The notes: generated by a model not told the origin, from the sequence alone. 64,000 nt of DNA from Candidatus Caccoplasma intestinavium (GCA_018715885.1 DVKT01000006.1:49168-113167), one strand, 5' to 3'; shown: positions 38,337 to 47,672, counted from the first letter of the stretch. Made by a program: numbers and translations.

Positions 38337-38473
38337 CCGACAACAAGAACCGGAAACAAAGCAGTTTTTCAACAACCGAAACGACTTATCAACAGCACAA
38401 GTAATAATCGGCAGCAAACTGCAAAAATGCAAAGAAAAAAAGATTTCCTTTGCCTTGTAAAAACAAGACAATT

Positions 38474-39241
38474 ATGGGTAAAATCATCGCAATAGCCAAC
38501 CAAAAAGGCGGCGTAGGGAAAACCACGACAACAATCAATTTGGCAGCCTCATTGGCCGCCTTAGACCGGAAGGTACTGCTCATCGATGCCGACCCGCAAG
38601 CCAATGCATCGTCGGGACTAAGTATCGACATCACTCAGAAAAACATTTCTATATACGAATGTCTCATCGGAGAAGCCTCTCTGCGCGAGGCCATCGACAC
38701 GACATGCGTGTCGGGACTCGATATCGTATGTTCGCACATCGACTTGGTAGGAGCAGAACTCGAACTGCTGAACACCGCCAATCGGGAACGGATTCTATTG
38801 CATCTTATCGAAGAAGTAAAAGCCGAATACGATTATGTGCTTATCGACTGTTCTCCCTCACTGGGACTGATTACGGTCAACTCGCTCACAGCAGCCGACT
38901 CGGTAATTATTCCCGTGCAAGCCGAATACTTTGCCCTCGAAGGAATCAGCAAACTGCTCAACACGATAAAGCTCATCAAGTCGAGACTCAACCCGAACCT
39001 CGCCATCGAAGGTTTTCTGCTCACGATGTACGACTCTCGCCTACGACTGGGAAACCAAATCTACGAAGAGTTGAAAAAGCACTTCCGCGAGCTGGTTTTC
39101 GACACGGTCATACAGCGCAATATCCGGTTGAGCGAAGCTCCCAGCCACGGAATACCCGTACTCATGTACGACCCCAACTCCAAAGGTGCCCTCAACCACA
39201 TGCAACTCGCCAAAGAGCTCATCAAAAGGGAAAAGAAATAG
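38474..39241 (+). CDS. parA: Chromosome partitioning ATPase ParA
   Basis: ORF trimmed to ATG 38474 (MGKIIAIANQKGGVGKTTT), deviant Walker A. Confidence 0.93.
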   Translation: MGKIIAIANQKGGVGKTTTTINLAASLAALDRKVLLIDADPQANASSGLSIDITQKNISIYECLIGEASLREAIDTTCVSGLDIVCSHIDLVGAELELLNTANRERILLHLIEEVKAEYDYVLIDCSPSLGLITVNSLTAADSVIIPVQAEYFALEGISKLLNTIKLIKSRLNPNLAIEGFLLTMYDSRLRLGNQIYEELKKHFRELVFDTVIQRNIRLSEAPSHGIPVLMYDPNSKGALNHMQLAKELIKREKK

Positions 39242-39268
39242 GAACAAACAACTTCCGGGTGTGCCGGA

Positions 39269-40162
39269 GTGAAGAAAAACATAGATATGACGACCATCAA
39301 ACGAAATGCCCTCGGCCGGGGACTCGACGCCCTCATTACTATGGACGATGTAAAAACCGGAGGGTCATCATCGATCAACGAAATAAAACTATCCCTCATC
39401 AAGCCCAACCCGGGGCAACCCCGGCAGGAATTCGACGAAGAATCCCTCAATGAACTGGCAGCTTCGATTCGGGAACTCGGCATCATACAACCCATTACTT
39501 TACGGCAGATGCCCGATGACAGCTACCAAATCATCTCGGGCGAGCGGCGATATAGGGCATCGTTACTGGCCGGCCTCGAAACCATACCGGCCTATGTACG
39601 AACCGTTGAAGACGAGACCGTCATGGAAATGGCTCTCATCGAAAACATTCAACGCGAAGACTTGAATCCCGTGGAGATTGCATTGACCTTTCAAAAGCTC
39701 ATCGAGCAATACCATCTCACACAAGACCGGCTCAGCGAGCGCGTAGGGAAAAAACGGGCAACGATTGCCAACTACCTGAGACTGCTGAAACTTCCCGCCG
39801 AAATACAAATCGGGTTAAAAAACAAACAGATCGATATGGGTCATGCACGAGCCCTTCTCTCGGTCGATAACCCGGCCCGGCAACTGCAACTTTACGAACA
39901 AATTCAGGAATACGGATATTCGGTGAGAAAAGTCGAGGAGTTGGCCAAAGAAATGAGCGTAGAGACTCCCGCTTCGCACGAAAAAAAGGAGTCGGACGAG
40001 ACAACCGGCGAGTACGATATTCTACGCCACCATCTTTCCGAATTTTTCAAAACACCGGTACAATTTACCTGCAATGCCAAAGGGAAAGGGAAGATCTCTA
40101 TTCCGTTTAAAAACGAAGAAGAACTGGAACGACTTATCGCCCTCTTCGATAAACTGAAATAA
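39269..40162 (+). CDS. parB: Chromosome partitioning protein ParB
   Basis: 297 aa; ALGRGLDALI, IIQPITLR, SGERRYRAS ParB boxes. Alternative start at 39287. Confidence 0.93.
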   Translation: MKKNIDMTTIKRNALGRGLDALITMDDVKTGGSSSINEIKLSLIKPNPGQPRQEFDEESLNELAASIRELGIIQPITLRQMPDDSYQIISGERRYRASLLAGLETIPAYVRTVEDETVMEMALIENIQREDLNPVEIALTFQKLIEQYHLTQDRLSERVGKKRATIANYLRLLKLPAEIQIGLKNKQIDMGHARALLSVDNPARQLQLYEQIQEYGYSVRKVEELAKEMSVETPASHEKKESDETTGEYDILRHHLSEFFKTPVQFTCNAKGKGKISIPFKNEEELERLIALFDKLK

Positions 40163-40167
40163 AAACT

Positions 40168-40914
40168 TTGAGCCAAAAACGTCTTTTACAGAACAGTTTG
40201 AAACTTATTATGCTCTGCTTAATAAGTTTCGCATCATTGCCGTCGGTCGCACAAGAAAACCTCGACACCGCCGACAGGAAGAATGGTCGTGATAGTTCCG
40301 AGACAAACATCGCCCGACCCGATAGCAGTGCAACAACCGTCGACATACCCTATTACCGGGTCGAAGACGCACCTTTGAAACAAACGGTTGCAGCAACCGA
40401 TACCAACGCTTTCAGTCCCGACCCGGTAAAAGCAGTTTGGTATTCGGCCCTCTGCCCCGGATTGGGACAAATTTATAACCGCAGTTACTGGAAATTACCG
40501 ATCCTCATCGGCGGATATTTGGGACTTATATATGCAACCAACTGGAATGCCCGCTACTTCAACGATTACTCCACGGCCTATCGCGATGCGATGGATAATG
40601 ACCCCAATACCAACAGTTTCATCAATTTTCTCGCTTATAATCGACGTAATGATCCCGAGTGGATCGAGGCCAACATGGCTTGGTTGCAAAGTTCTATGAA
40701 ACGCAAGAAAGACTATTATCGCAAATATCGGGATTTGTGCATTATCTCTATGATCGGTGTATATTTTGTCGCCATGATCGAGGCCTATGTCGATGCACAT
40801 CTCTACAATTTTGATATTTCCGATAATCTATCCATGAAAGTTACTCCCACCGTCATCGAACCCGTCAGGTATTCGACGGCTTCGATAGGATTCCAATGCG
40901 CCATAACATTCTAA
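40168..40914 (+). CDS. DUF5683-like membrane protein
   Basis: 248 aa. Signal peptide ...LPSVA|QENL. Block AVWYSALCPGLGQIYNRSYWKLPILIGGYLG, which I recognise as DUF5683. Conserved position after parB in Bacteroidota. Confidence 0.68.
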   Translation: MSQKRLLQNSLKLIMLCLISFASLPSVAQENLDTADRKNGRDSSETNIARPDSSATTVDIPYYRVEDAPLKQTVAATDTNAFSPDPVKAVWYSALCPGLGQIYNRSYWKLPILIGGYLGLIYATNWNARYFNDYSTAYRDAMDNDPNTNSFINFLAYNRRNDPEWIEANMAWLQSSMKRKKDYYRKYRDLCIISMIGVYFVAMIEAYVDAHLYNFDISDNLSMKVTPTVIEPVRYSTASIGFQCAITF

Positions 40915-40924
40915 AAAGACCTTT

Positions 40925-42526
40925 ATGAAATCGACCATATCATTGCTATTATGCCTGTTTTTTCTGTTTCCCGTCTCGTCATCGGCAGCAAAGAGAAGAA
41001 AAGACAGAAAACGTAACGTTATAGAAACCCCGGCAGACAGTCTACTCGTACAAAAGCCGATCGATACGATTCTAATCGTTTCGCCCGATACATTGAAAAC
41101 GGACTCCGTCCCAAAGACAGCGCCCGCAGCATCCCACAAGTTGACGGCAAAAGATACGATCACCGATAACGATATCGTCCTCCCCGAAGGTCTTGCCAAT
41201 GGCGTCGACACACTTATCAGCGAAGAAGTAGACCATTTACAACCTCCCGTCCATCGCAAAGGCGGCAATATCGACTACCCCGACTCCGTATATATACAGC
41301 GGCTTTGCGCACTCCCCGCCATTATCGAGCTACCTTACAACAGCGTTGTCAAAGGATATATTTCCCTATATACCGAGAAACGTAGAGAACTGGTAGAAAA
41401 ATTACTGGCCTTGAACCTTTACTACGAACCTATTTTCGAACAAGAACTCGACAAAATGGGGTTACCCATCGAACTGAAATATCTGCCCGTCATCGAATCG
41501 GCTTTGCGTCCCAACGCCGTATCTCCGGTAGGTGCAACGGGGCTGTGGCAATTCATGATCGGGACAGCCCGTATGATGGGACTCGAAGTAAACAGTGTCG
41601 TTGACGAACGACGCGATCCGTACAAATCGACCCAACAAGCGTTGCGATACCTGCAACAGTTACACGACAACTTCGGCGATTGGACCCTTGCCATAGCCGC
41701 ATATAATTGCGGACCGGGAAATGTAAATAAAGCCATACGCCGTTCCGGAGGAAAACGGGACTATTGGGATATATACCCCTATCTGCCCCGGGAAACCCGC
41801 GGATATGTACCGGCTTTTATCGCCGCCAATTATATCATGAACTATTACGATCTGCACAACATACAGCCGGGAGAAATAGAGCTACCTTCTGAAACGGACA
41901 CCGTACTGGTTAATAAACGTCTGCACTTCAAACAAATATCCGACGTCCTCGGCATCGAAGTCGGCGAATTGAGACAGCTCAATCCGCAATACCGCCGCGA
42001 TGTCGTTCCGGCCACAGCCAAACGCCCTTATTTCCTCGTCTTACCGGAAGAGTCGGCATACGCTTTTGTCGAGAACGAAGATTCGATTTGCAACCACCAG
42101 TCCGAGCTTTATGCCCGACGCATCACTGCCGAATTGGCCCAAGCGTCCAGAACACCCATACAAGGGTATCACCGCGTACGTTCGGGCGAGAATCTGTCGG
42201 TTATTGCACATCGATACCGTACCAGCGTCGCGAACCTGAAAAGGTGGAACAACCTCAAAAGCAACAATATTTACCCGGGTATGCGATTAGCAGTAAGCTC
42301 ATCATATGCAAAAACCCGCTCTTCGGCAAAAACAACAGCAACAAAATCGACCCGTAAAGCCGAGACATGGATCACAAACGGCGTTCGTTACTACAAAGTA
42401 AGACCGGGAGATAGTTTATGGGAAATTTCGAGACAGTTCCCGGGTCTTACCGTTCAAGCATTGAAAAATGCCAATTCATTAAACTCGAACAATCTAAAAC
42501 CCGGACAGATACTAAAAATCCCCTAA
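40925..42526 (+). CDS. Lytic transglycosylase (SLT domain) with two C-terminal LysM domains (MltD-like)
   Basis: 533 aa. SLT catalytic block VIESALRPNAVSPVGATGLWQFM and AYNCGPGNVNKAI. LysM repeats YHRVRSGENLSVIAHRY... and YYKVRPGDSLWEISRQF... Confidence 0.85.
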   Translation: MKSTISLLLCLFFLFPVSSSAAKRRKDRKRNVIETPADSLLVQKPIDTILIVSPDTLKTDSVPKTAPAASHKLTAKDTITDNDIVLPEGLANGVDTLISEEVDHLQPPVHRKGGNIDYPDSVYIQRLCALPAIIELPYNSVVKGYISLYTEKRRELVEKLLALNLYYEPIFEQELDKMGLPIELKYLPVIESALRPNAVSPVGATGLWQFMIGTARMMGLEVNSVVDERRDPYKSTQQALRYLQQLHDNFGDWTLAIAAYNCGPGNVNKAIRRSGGKRDYWDIYPYLPRETRGYVPAFIAANYIMNYYDLHNIQPGEIELPSETDTVLVNKRLHFKQISDVLGIEVGELRQLNPQYRRDVVPATAKRPYFLVLPEESAYAFVENEDSICNHQSELYARRITAELAQASRTPIQGYHRVRSGENLSVIAHRYRTSVANLKRWNNLKSNNIYPGMRLAVSSSYAKTRSSAKTTATKSTRKAETWITNGVRYYKVRPGDSLWEISRQFPGLTVQALKNANSLNSNNLKPGQILKIP

Positions 42527-42593
42527 ACACCAGCTTCCTGCATTAGGATGTCAGGATTTTTTACATTAAAACCAACAATTCCATTATTTTTAC

Positions 42594-42601
42594 TATTTTT
42601 G
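42594..42601 (+). promoter_or_regulatory. -7 box (TATTTTTG) for the CE12-CE8/GH105 genes
   Basis: TAnnTTTG match 35 nt upstream of ATG 42636. Confidence 0.5.
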
Positions 42602-42635
42602 TCGCATTGATCCAATAAAAAACAACCTTTTTACC

Positions 42636-44279
42636 ATGAAACGTACTCTTTTCTACTTACTGGGAATTTGCGTGATCACTTCTTTCATGGCTTTGTCGAA
42701 CAAACAAAAGCCTGTCATCTACATGATCGGAGATTCGACAATGTCCAACAAATCACTTGTCGGAGGAAATCCCGAACGGGGTTGGGGGCATGTACTTCCC
42801 GGATTCTTCTCTTCCGAAATAAAAATAGACAACCATGCCGTAAACGGTCGCAGTTCGCTCAGCTTTATGAGTCGGTGGAATGCCGTCTACGACCAATTGA
42901 AAAAAGGTGATTATGTATTCATTCAATTCGGGCACAATGATCAGAAAAAGAAACCCGACCGCTATTCCGACCCCGACACGGCCTATAAAAACAACCTGAG
43001 ATTTTACATCAACCAAACCCGTGAAAAAGGTGCTATTCCCGTACTTTTCACCTCTATCATAAGACGAAAATTCGGAGAAGACGGTAAACTCATCGATACG
43101 CACGGACGTTACATATCGGCCTGCAAAGAAGTTGCTGCCGAAATGAAAGTCGTATGCATCGACCTCAACAACAGTACCGAAACTCTCGTGAATAATCTCG
43201 GAGACGAGAAATCGAAAGAACTCTTCATGTGGGTAGCCCCGGGTACGTGTCCCGCCATACCCGACGGCCGCAAAGACGACACTCACCTCAAAGTAAAAGG
43301 CGCCCGTATCATCGCAGGCATGGCGGTAGACTCCATCGAGAAAAAAATACCCAAACTTGCCCCCTATATCCGCCGATACGACTATGTCGTGGCACAAGAC
43401 GGGAGCGGAGATTTCTTCACGTTGCAAAAAGCCATCGATGCTGTTCCTGCATTCAGCAAACGCCCCACGACCATATATATACGCAATGGCGTATATAAAG
43501 AAAAAGTTACCGTACCGGGCAATCGAAACAACATACACATCATAGGCGAAGATGTAGATAAAGTCATTCTCACCTACGACGATTACGCGTCTAAAAAGAA
43601 TGCATTCGGCGACAATATAGGCACCTCAGGATCATCGTCATTCTTTGTTTATGGAAACGGGTTCACCGCCGAAAACGTAACATTCGAAAACAGTTCCGGA
43701 CCGGTAGGCCAAGCTGTGGCGTTATTTGTAGCCGGAGATAAATGCGTATTCAAAAACTGTAAGATGAAAGGTTTCCAAGACACCCTTTACACCTATGGAG
43801 AAAACTCCCGCCAATACTACGAGAATTGTTATATAGAAGGTACAACCGACTTCATTTTCGGCAAATCGACCGCTTGGTTCGAGAATTGTACCATACACAG
43901 CAAACAAAATTCTTACATCACGGCTGCCGCCACACCCGAAAACGTAACTTACGGATATGTTTTCAACAAATGTCGTCTCACGGCCGACGATGGTGTCGAG
44001 AAAGTGTATTTAGGTCGCCCGTGGAGACCTTATGCCGCAGTCTTGTTCACCAAATGCGAAATGGGAAAACATATTCGCCCCGAAGGTTGGCATAATTGGG
44101 GAAAAGCTACCAACGAAAAGACCGCCCGCTACTGCGAATACAAAAACAAGGGCGAAGGCTCAAACACACAAGGTCGTGTCGCATGGTCGCATCAGCTGAA
44201 CAGAAAAGAAGCCTCCCGATACTCAATCAAACAAGTCTTGGGCGGTAACGATGGCTGGAATCCACAAGAAAAAAATTAA
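42636..44279 (+). CDS. Bifunctional SGNH/GDSL esterase (CE12 rhamnogalacturonan acetylesterase-like) + pectin methylesterase (CE8)
   Basis: 547 aa, signal peptide. N-terminal half has IGDSTMSN (block I Ser) and FGHNDQ. C-terminal half has VAQDGSGDFFTLQKAID, GQAVALFV, GFQDTLY, TTDFIFG, YLGRPWRPYA (CE8 signature). Confidence 0.85.
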   Translation: MKRTLFYLLGICVITSFMALSNKQKPVIYMIGDSTMSNKSLVGGNPERGWGHVLPGFFSSEIKIDNHAVNGRSSLSFMSRWNAVYDQLKKGDYVFIQFGHNDQKKKPDRYSDPDTAYKNNLRFYINQTREKGAIPVLFTSIIRRKFGEDGKLIDTHGRYISACKEVAAEMKVVCIDLNNSTETLVNNLGDEKSKELFMWVAPGTCPAIPDGRKDDTHLKVKGARIIAGMAVDSIEKKIPKLAPYIRRYDYVVAQDGSGDFFTLQKAIDAVPAFSKRPTTIYIRNGVYKEKVTVPGNRNNIHIIGEDVDKVILTYDDYASKKNAFGDNIGTSGSSSFFVYGNGFTAENVTFENSSGPVGQAVALFVAGDKCVFKNCKMKGFQDTLYTYGENSRQYYENCYIEGTTDFIFGKSTAWFENCTIHSKQNSYITAAATPENVTYGYVFNKCRLTADDGVEKVYLGRPWRPYAAVLFTKCEMGKHIRPEGWHNWGKATNEKTARYCEYKNKGEGSNTQGRVAWSHQLNRKEASRYSIKQVLGGNDGWNPQEKN

Positions 44280-44293
44280 CAATCCTGTTCTCC

Positions 44294-46045
44294 ATGAAAC
44301 AAAAAACGGCTCAGGAAACAAGACATATAAGCATTATCGGCCTCGTGCTGATAATGCTTCTTCCTTTGTTACCGACAAAAGCAGGAAATGTCGTCGATGA
44401 AAATCTCCCTCTGGCCGTACGTTTCTGCCAATCACAGATGCTGTCGCACCCCGACTATAAGACCATAGACTTCAACACCAAACTGAAATGGAATTATACC
44501 CACGGGTTACTCATGCAAGCCATTTTCGCCACCTATGACTTCTATCACAGCGACACGCTCGATTGCTCGGCCCTCTACCATTATGCCAAAGGATATTACG
44601 ATGCTACCATCGATGACAATGGGAATATATACAATTACAAAAAAAGCGATTATTCACTCGATCGCGTCAACGCCGGAAAAAATCTCTTCCGCCTTTATGC
44701 CGAAACCCAAGACGAGCGGTATATGACCGCCATGAAGACATTGCGCGATCAACTCAAAGATCACCCGCGGACCTCTGACGGAGGTTTTTGGCACAAAAAG
44801 AACTATCCCTACCAGATGTGGCTCGACGGCCTGTACATGGGCGCACCCTACTACGCCCAATATGCCCGTGAATTTGAAACCAATCCCGCAGTTTCTTATG
44901 CCGATGTGGTAAAACAGTTCTTGCTTGTTGCATCACACACCTACGATGAGCGCAGCGGTCTCTATATACACGGCTGGGACGAAAAGCGCACGCAAAACTG
45001 GGCCGACCCCGTAACCGGGAAATCCCGACATGTGTGGGGCCGTGCCCTCGGCTGGTATACTATGGCTCTTGTCGATGTTCTCGAAATACTACCCGATACC
45101 GTAACAGGCCGTAATAGTATGCAATCGATATTGAAAGGTATTTTCGATGTTTTGCCCGACTATCAAGACAAAGAGAGCGGTTGCTGGTTTCAAGTAACCG
45201 ATTACCCCGATAGCACCGACAATTATCTCGAAATGTCGAGTACAGCCATGTTTGCCTACTCCATAGTCAAAGGAGTACGCCTCGGCTACCTCGACACCTC
45301 TCTCCTCCCCATTGCCCGAAAAGCATACGACGGCATGGTAAAAGAATACATCGAAGTAGAATCCGACGGAAAAATCACACTTAAAAACATTTGCGCCGTA
45401 GCGGGATTGAGCAGCGACCGAGATGGTTCATATGACTATTATGTAAATAAGACCGATGTAAGAAGCAACGACCCCAAAGGAGTCGGTCCCTTTATTCTCC
45501 TCTGTATCGAATGGGAAAAATTGGAGAAGACCGACCTCTGCGATAAAGAACTCGAACACCTCCGATCGGAAAATAAAGAGTTGAAAAACAAAGTTGCAGA
45601 ACTCACAACAGCAATTACGACCATTTCGACCGAAAACGACTCTTTACAACACAAAATCGACGAACTTGAAGCCATAATCGCAACTCTCACGGCCAAAAAC
45701 GATTCTTTGCAAAACAGGATTGAGGAACTCGAAGCCGACCAAAAAACCGAAGGAGGAGACAGTAGCACATCTTTTATAAACCGAACTTCGGACTCCGATT
45801 TCACAGCTCATCTGTCCGACAATGGGGAAAACCTTATCCTGTACTATACCCTGTCCCAAAATGCAGATATAACTATCACGCTTACCTCTCTCAACGGAGT
45901 AACCAAGTTACAGGACTTTATCCCCGAATGTACAACCGGGAATCATACGAAAGTACTCGATACCGACATGCTCCCGGCCGGAACTTATATCCTGCAAGTC
46001 AAAAACGACAATAAAACAATCACCCTCAAATACATCAAAAAATAA
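44294..46045 (+). CDS. GH105 unsaturated rhamnogalacturonyl hydrolase fused to coiled coil and T9SS (Por) C-terminal sorting domain
   Basis: 583 aa. YteR/GH105 blocks GGFWHKKNYPYQMWLDGLYMGAPYYA and HVWGRALGWYTMALVDVL. Heptad-repeat segment at aa ~417-483. Tail ...LPAGTYILQVKNDNKTITLKYIKK resembles TIGR04183-type CTD. Confidence 0.82.
   Translation: MKQKTAQETRHISIIGLVLIMLLPLLPTKAGNVVDENLPLAVRFCQSQMLSHPDYKTIDFNTKLKWNYTHGLLMQAIFATYDFYHSDTLDCSALYHYAKGYYDATIDDNGNIYNYKKSDYSLDRVNAGKNLFRLYAETQDERYMTAMKTLRDQLKDHPRTSDGGFWHKKNYPYQMWLDGLYMGAPYYAQYAREFETNPAVSYADVVKQFLLVASHTYDERSGLYIHGWDEKRTQNWADPVTGKSRHVWGRALGWYTMALVDVLEILPDTVTGRNSMQSILKGIFDVLPDYQDKESGCWFQVTDYPDSTDNYLEMSSTAMFAYSIVKGVRLGYLDTSLLPIARKAYDGMVKEYIEVESDGKITLKNICAVAGLSSDRDGSYDYYVNKTDVRSNDPKGVGPFILLCIEWEKLEKTDLCDKELEHLRSENKELKNKVAELTTAITTISTENDSLQHKIDELEAIIATLTAKNDSLQNRIEELEADQKTEGGDSSTSFINRTSDSDFTAHLSDNGENLILYYTLSQNADITITLTSLNGVTKLQDFIPECTTGNHTKVLDTDMLPAGTYILQVKNDNKTITLKYIKK
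45632..45736 (+). repeat. 63-nt-period tandem duplication inside the coiled-coil segment of the GH105 gene
   Basis: 45632..45673 (ENDSLQHKIDELEA) and 45695..45736 (KNDSLQNRIEELEA) are similar at DNA and protein level. The period is 21 aa, i.e. 3 heptads. Confidence 0.7.
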
Positions 46046-46051
46046 TACCTT

Positions 46052-47281
46052 ATGAAAAAGACCTTCAAAATCCTGCTTTTCACAACATTGGCCTTAGGTT
46101 GTTGCGGAAGCATCGATGCCAAGAAAAAACAAAAATTCGATGTAAACCCCGATCTTCCTATGTCGATACGCATGGCTCAATCGGAGATTATACGCAATCC
46201 CGAAGGTTGGATGCTCGATTTCAGTCAAAAACTAAAATGGAACTATTGCCACGGTCTCGAATGCCAATCATTCCTCGATGTGTATGACCATTATAAAGGA
46301 GAAAAAAAATATGCCAAAGCAGTAGCTCCTTTCTATACTTATGTCAAAGATTATGCCGATACCATCATCAACGAGAATGGCATCATTTACGGATACAAGA
46401 AAACCAATTACAATCTCGACCATGTAAATTCGGGGAAAATACTTTTCCGTCTCTACGACCGTGAAAAAGACCCCCGTTACAAAATCGCCATGGATACCCT
46501 GCGTGCACAACTCGCCTCGCAACCCCGTACATCGGAAGGCGGTTTCTGGCACAAAAAAGTATATCCATTCCAAATGTGGCTCGACGGTCTCTATATGGGA
46601 GAACCTTATTATGCCGAATATACCGCGACATTCGACGCAGACAATACCCAGGCTTACGCCGACATAGTAAACCAATTCCTTTTGGTGGCCAAGCGTACTT
46701 ACGATAAAGAAACCGGCCTGTATCGCCATGCATGGGACGAAATAAAAGCCTTGCCGTGGTCGGACAAAAGCGGACGTGCCCCTCATGTGTGGGGTCGTGC
46801 CTTGGGCTGGTATATGATGGCCATCGTCGATGTACTCGATTACTTACCCGAAAGCCAACCCGGACGGGATAAAATGATAACGATCCTACAAAACATCGTC
46901 AAAAATCTGGCCAAATATCAAGATCCCAAAACCGGAGCTTGGTGTCAGGTCATCGACCAAACCGGCCGTGAAGGAAACTATCTCGAAATGTCTTGTACAC
47001 CGATGTACGCTTACGCTATCGCCAAAGGCGTGCGTAAAGGATACCTCGACCCGTCAGCCCTCGAAATGGCAAAGAAAGCCTATCAAGGCATTCTCGACAA
47101 CTTCATCAAAGTCGATGAAAAAGGTCTCGTATCGCTGACAAATGTATGCGGCGTGGCCGGCTTGGGAGGGAAACCGTACCGCGACGGTTCTTTCGACTAT
47201 TATGTAAACGAAATCGTTCGCGATAACGACCCCAAAGGGGTTGCTCCGTTTATCATGCTCTGTCTCGAAATGAATAACTAA
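46052..47281 (+). CDS. GH105 unsaturated rhamnogalacturonyl hydrolase (tandem paralog, probable lipoprotein)
   Basis: 409 aa. Lipobox LALGCC. Same GH105 blocks as the upstream gene (GGFWHKKVYPFQMWLDGLYMGEPYYA; HVWGRALGWYMMAIVDVL). Confidence 0.87.
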   Translation: MKKTFKILLFTTLALGCCGSIDAKKKQKFDVNPDLPMSIRMAQSEIIRNPEGWMLDFSQKLKWNYCHGLECQSFLDVYDHYKGEKKYAKAVAPFYTYVKDYADTIINENGIIYGYKKTNYNLDHVNSGKILFRLYDREKDPRYKIAMDTLRAQLASQPRTSEGGFWHKKVYPFQMWLDGLYMGEPYYAEYTATFDADNTQAYADIVNQFLLVAKRTYDKETGLYRHAWDEIKALPWSDKSGRAPHVWGRALGWYMMAIVDVLDYLPESQPGRDKMITILQNIVKNLAKYQDPKTGAWCQVIDQTGREGNYLEMSCTPMYAYAIAKGVRKGYLDPSALEMAKKAYQGILDNFIKVDEKGLVSLTNVCGVAGLGGKPYRDGSFDYYVNEIVRDNDPKGVAPFIMLCLEMNN

Positions 47282-47340
47282 AATTCTATTTATTCCGTAA
47301 AAAATCGACAAAAAACGATACAAACCTCTTTCTCTCTGTT

Positions 47341-47382
47341 AAAAGCTATTTCATGTGCGAATGAAATAGCTTTTATTTTTTT
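47341..47382 (+). terminator. Intrinsic terminator after the second GH105 gene
   Basis: aaaagctatttcat-gtgcga-atgaaatagctttt followed by atttttttat. Confidence 0.85.
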
Positions 47383-47404
47383 ATCTATTTAAAAATAAAA
47401 TTTA

Positions 47405-47412
47405 TACCTTTG
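47405..47412 (+). promoter_or_regulatory. -7 box (TACCTTTG) for the small wHTH gene
   Basis: TAnnTTTG match 38 nt upstream of ATG 47450. Confidence 0.55.
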
Positions 47413-47449
47413 TCTCATATTCTCTAACTAGAATAAATTTTTACTGATT

Positions 47450-47653
47450 ATGAAAAGGGAAGAAATTGGCATGAATGCCGGTTTGGTGTGGAATGCACTG
47501 AACGAAAAAGGTCCTATGACCGTAAAAGACTTGAGAAAAGCAACCAAACTGAAAGACAAACAAATTTTCGCTGCTTTAGGCTGGTTGTCCCGTGAAGACA
47601 AAGTCTCTACAACCGAAGTTGAAAACGACTTGGAAGTATCACTCATCAGATAA
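47450..47653 (+). CDS. Small winged-helix protein (DUF2582-like)
   Basis: 67 aa MKREEIGMNAGLVWNALNEKGPMTVKDLRKATKLKDKQIFAALGWLSREDKV... Own -7 box (47405..47412) and own strong terminator (47673..47718). Confidence 0.6.
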   Translation: MKREEIGMNAGLVWNALNEKGPMTVKDLRKATKLKDKQIFAALGWLSREDKVSTTEVENDLEVSLIR

Positions 47654-47672
47654 ATCATATCTGGCATAAAAC

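Noticed and set aside
38659-39453. 264-aa Arg/His-rich ORF in an alternative + frame across parA and parB (similar ones at 25049..25561 in mtaB and 26732..27349 in the acyltransferase/GT2 genes)
   Set aside because: These are out-of-frame readings of genuine genes. The extreme Arg/Pro/His/Thr composition is typical of off-frame translation, and they cross gene boundaries.
38131-40162. Search for a canonical parS (TGTTTCACGTGAAACA) around and within parAB
   Set aside because: No close match seen by eye. The only GTGAAACA octamer noticed (about 57633..57640) lacks the other half-site. No parS claimed.
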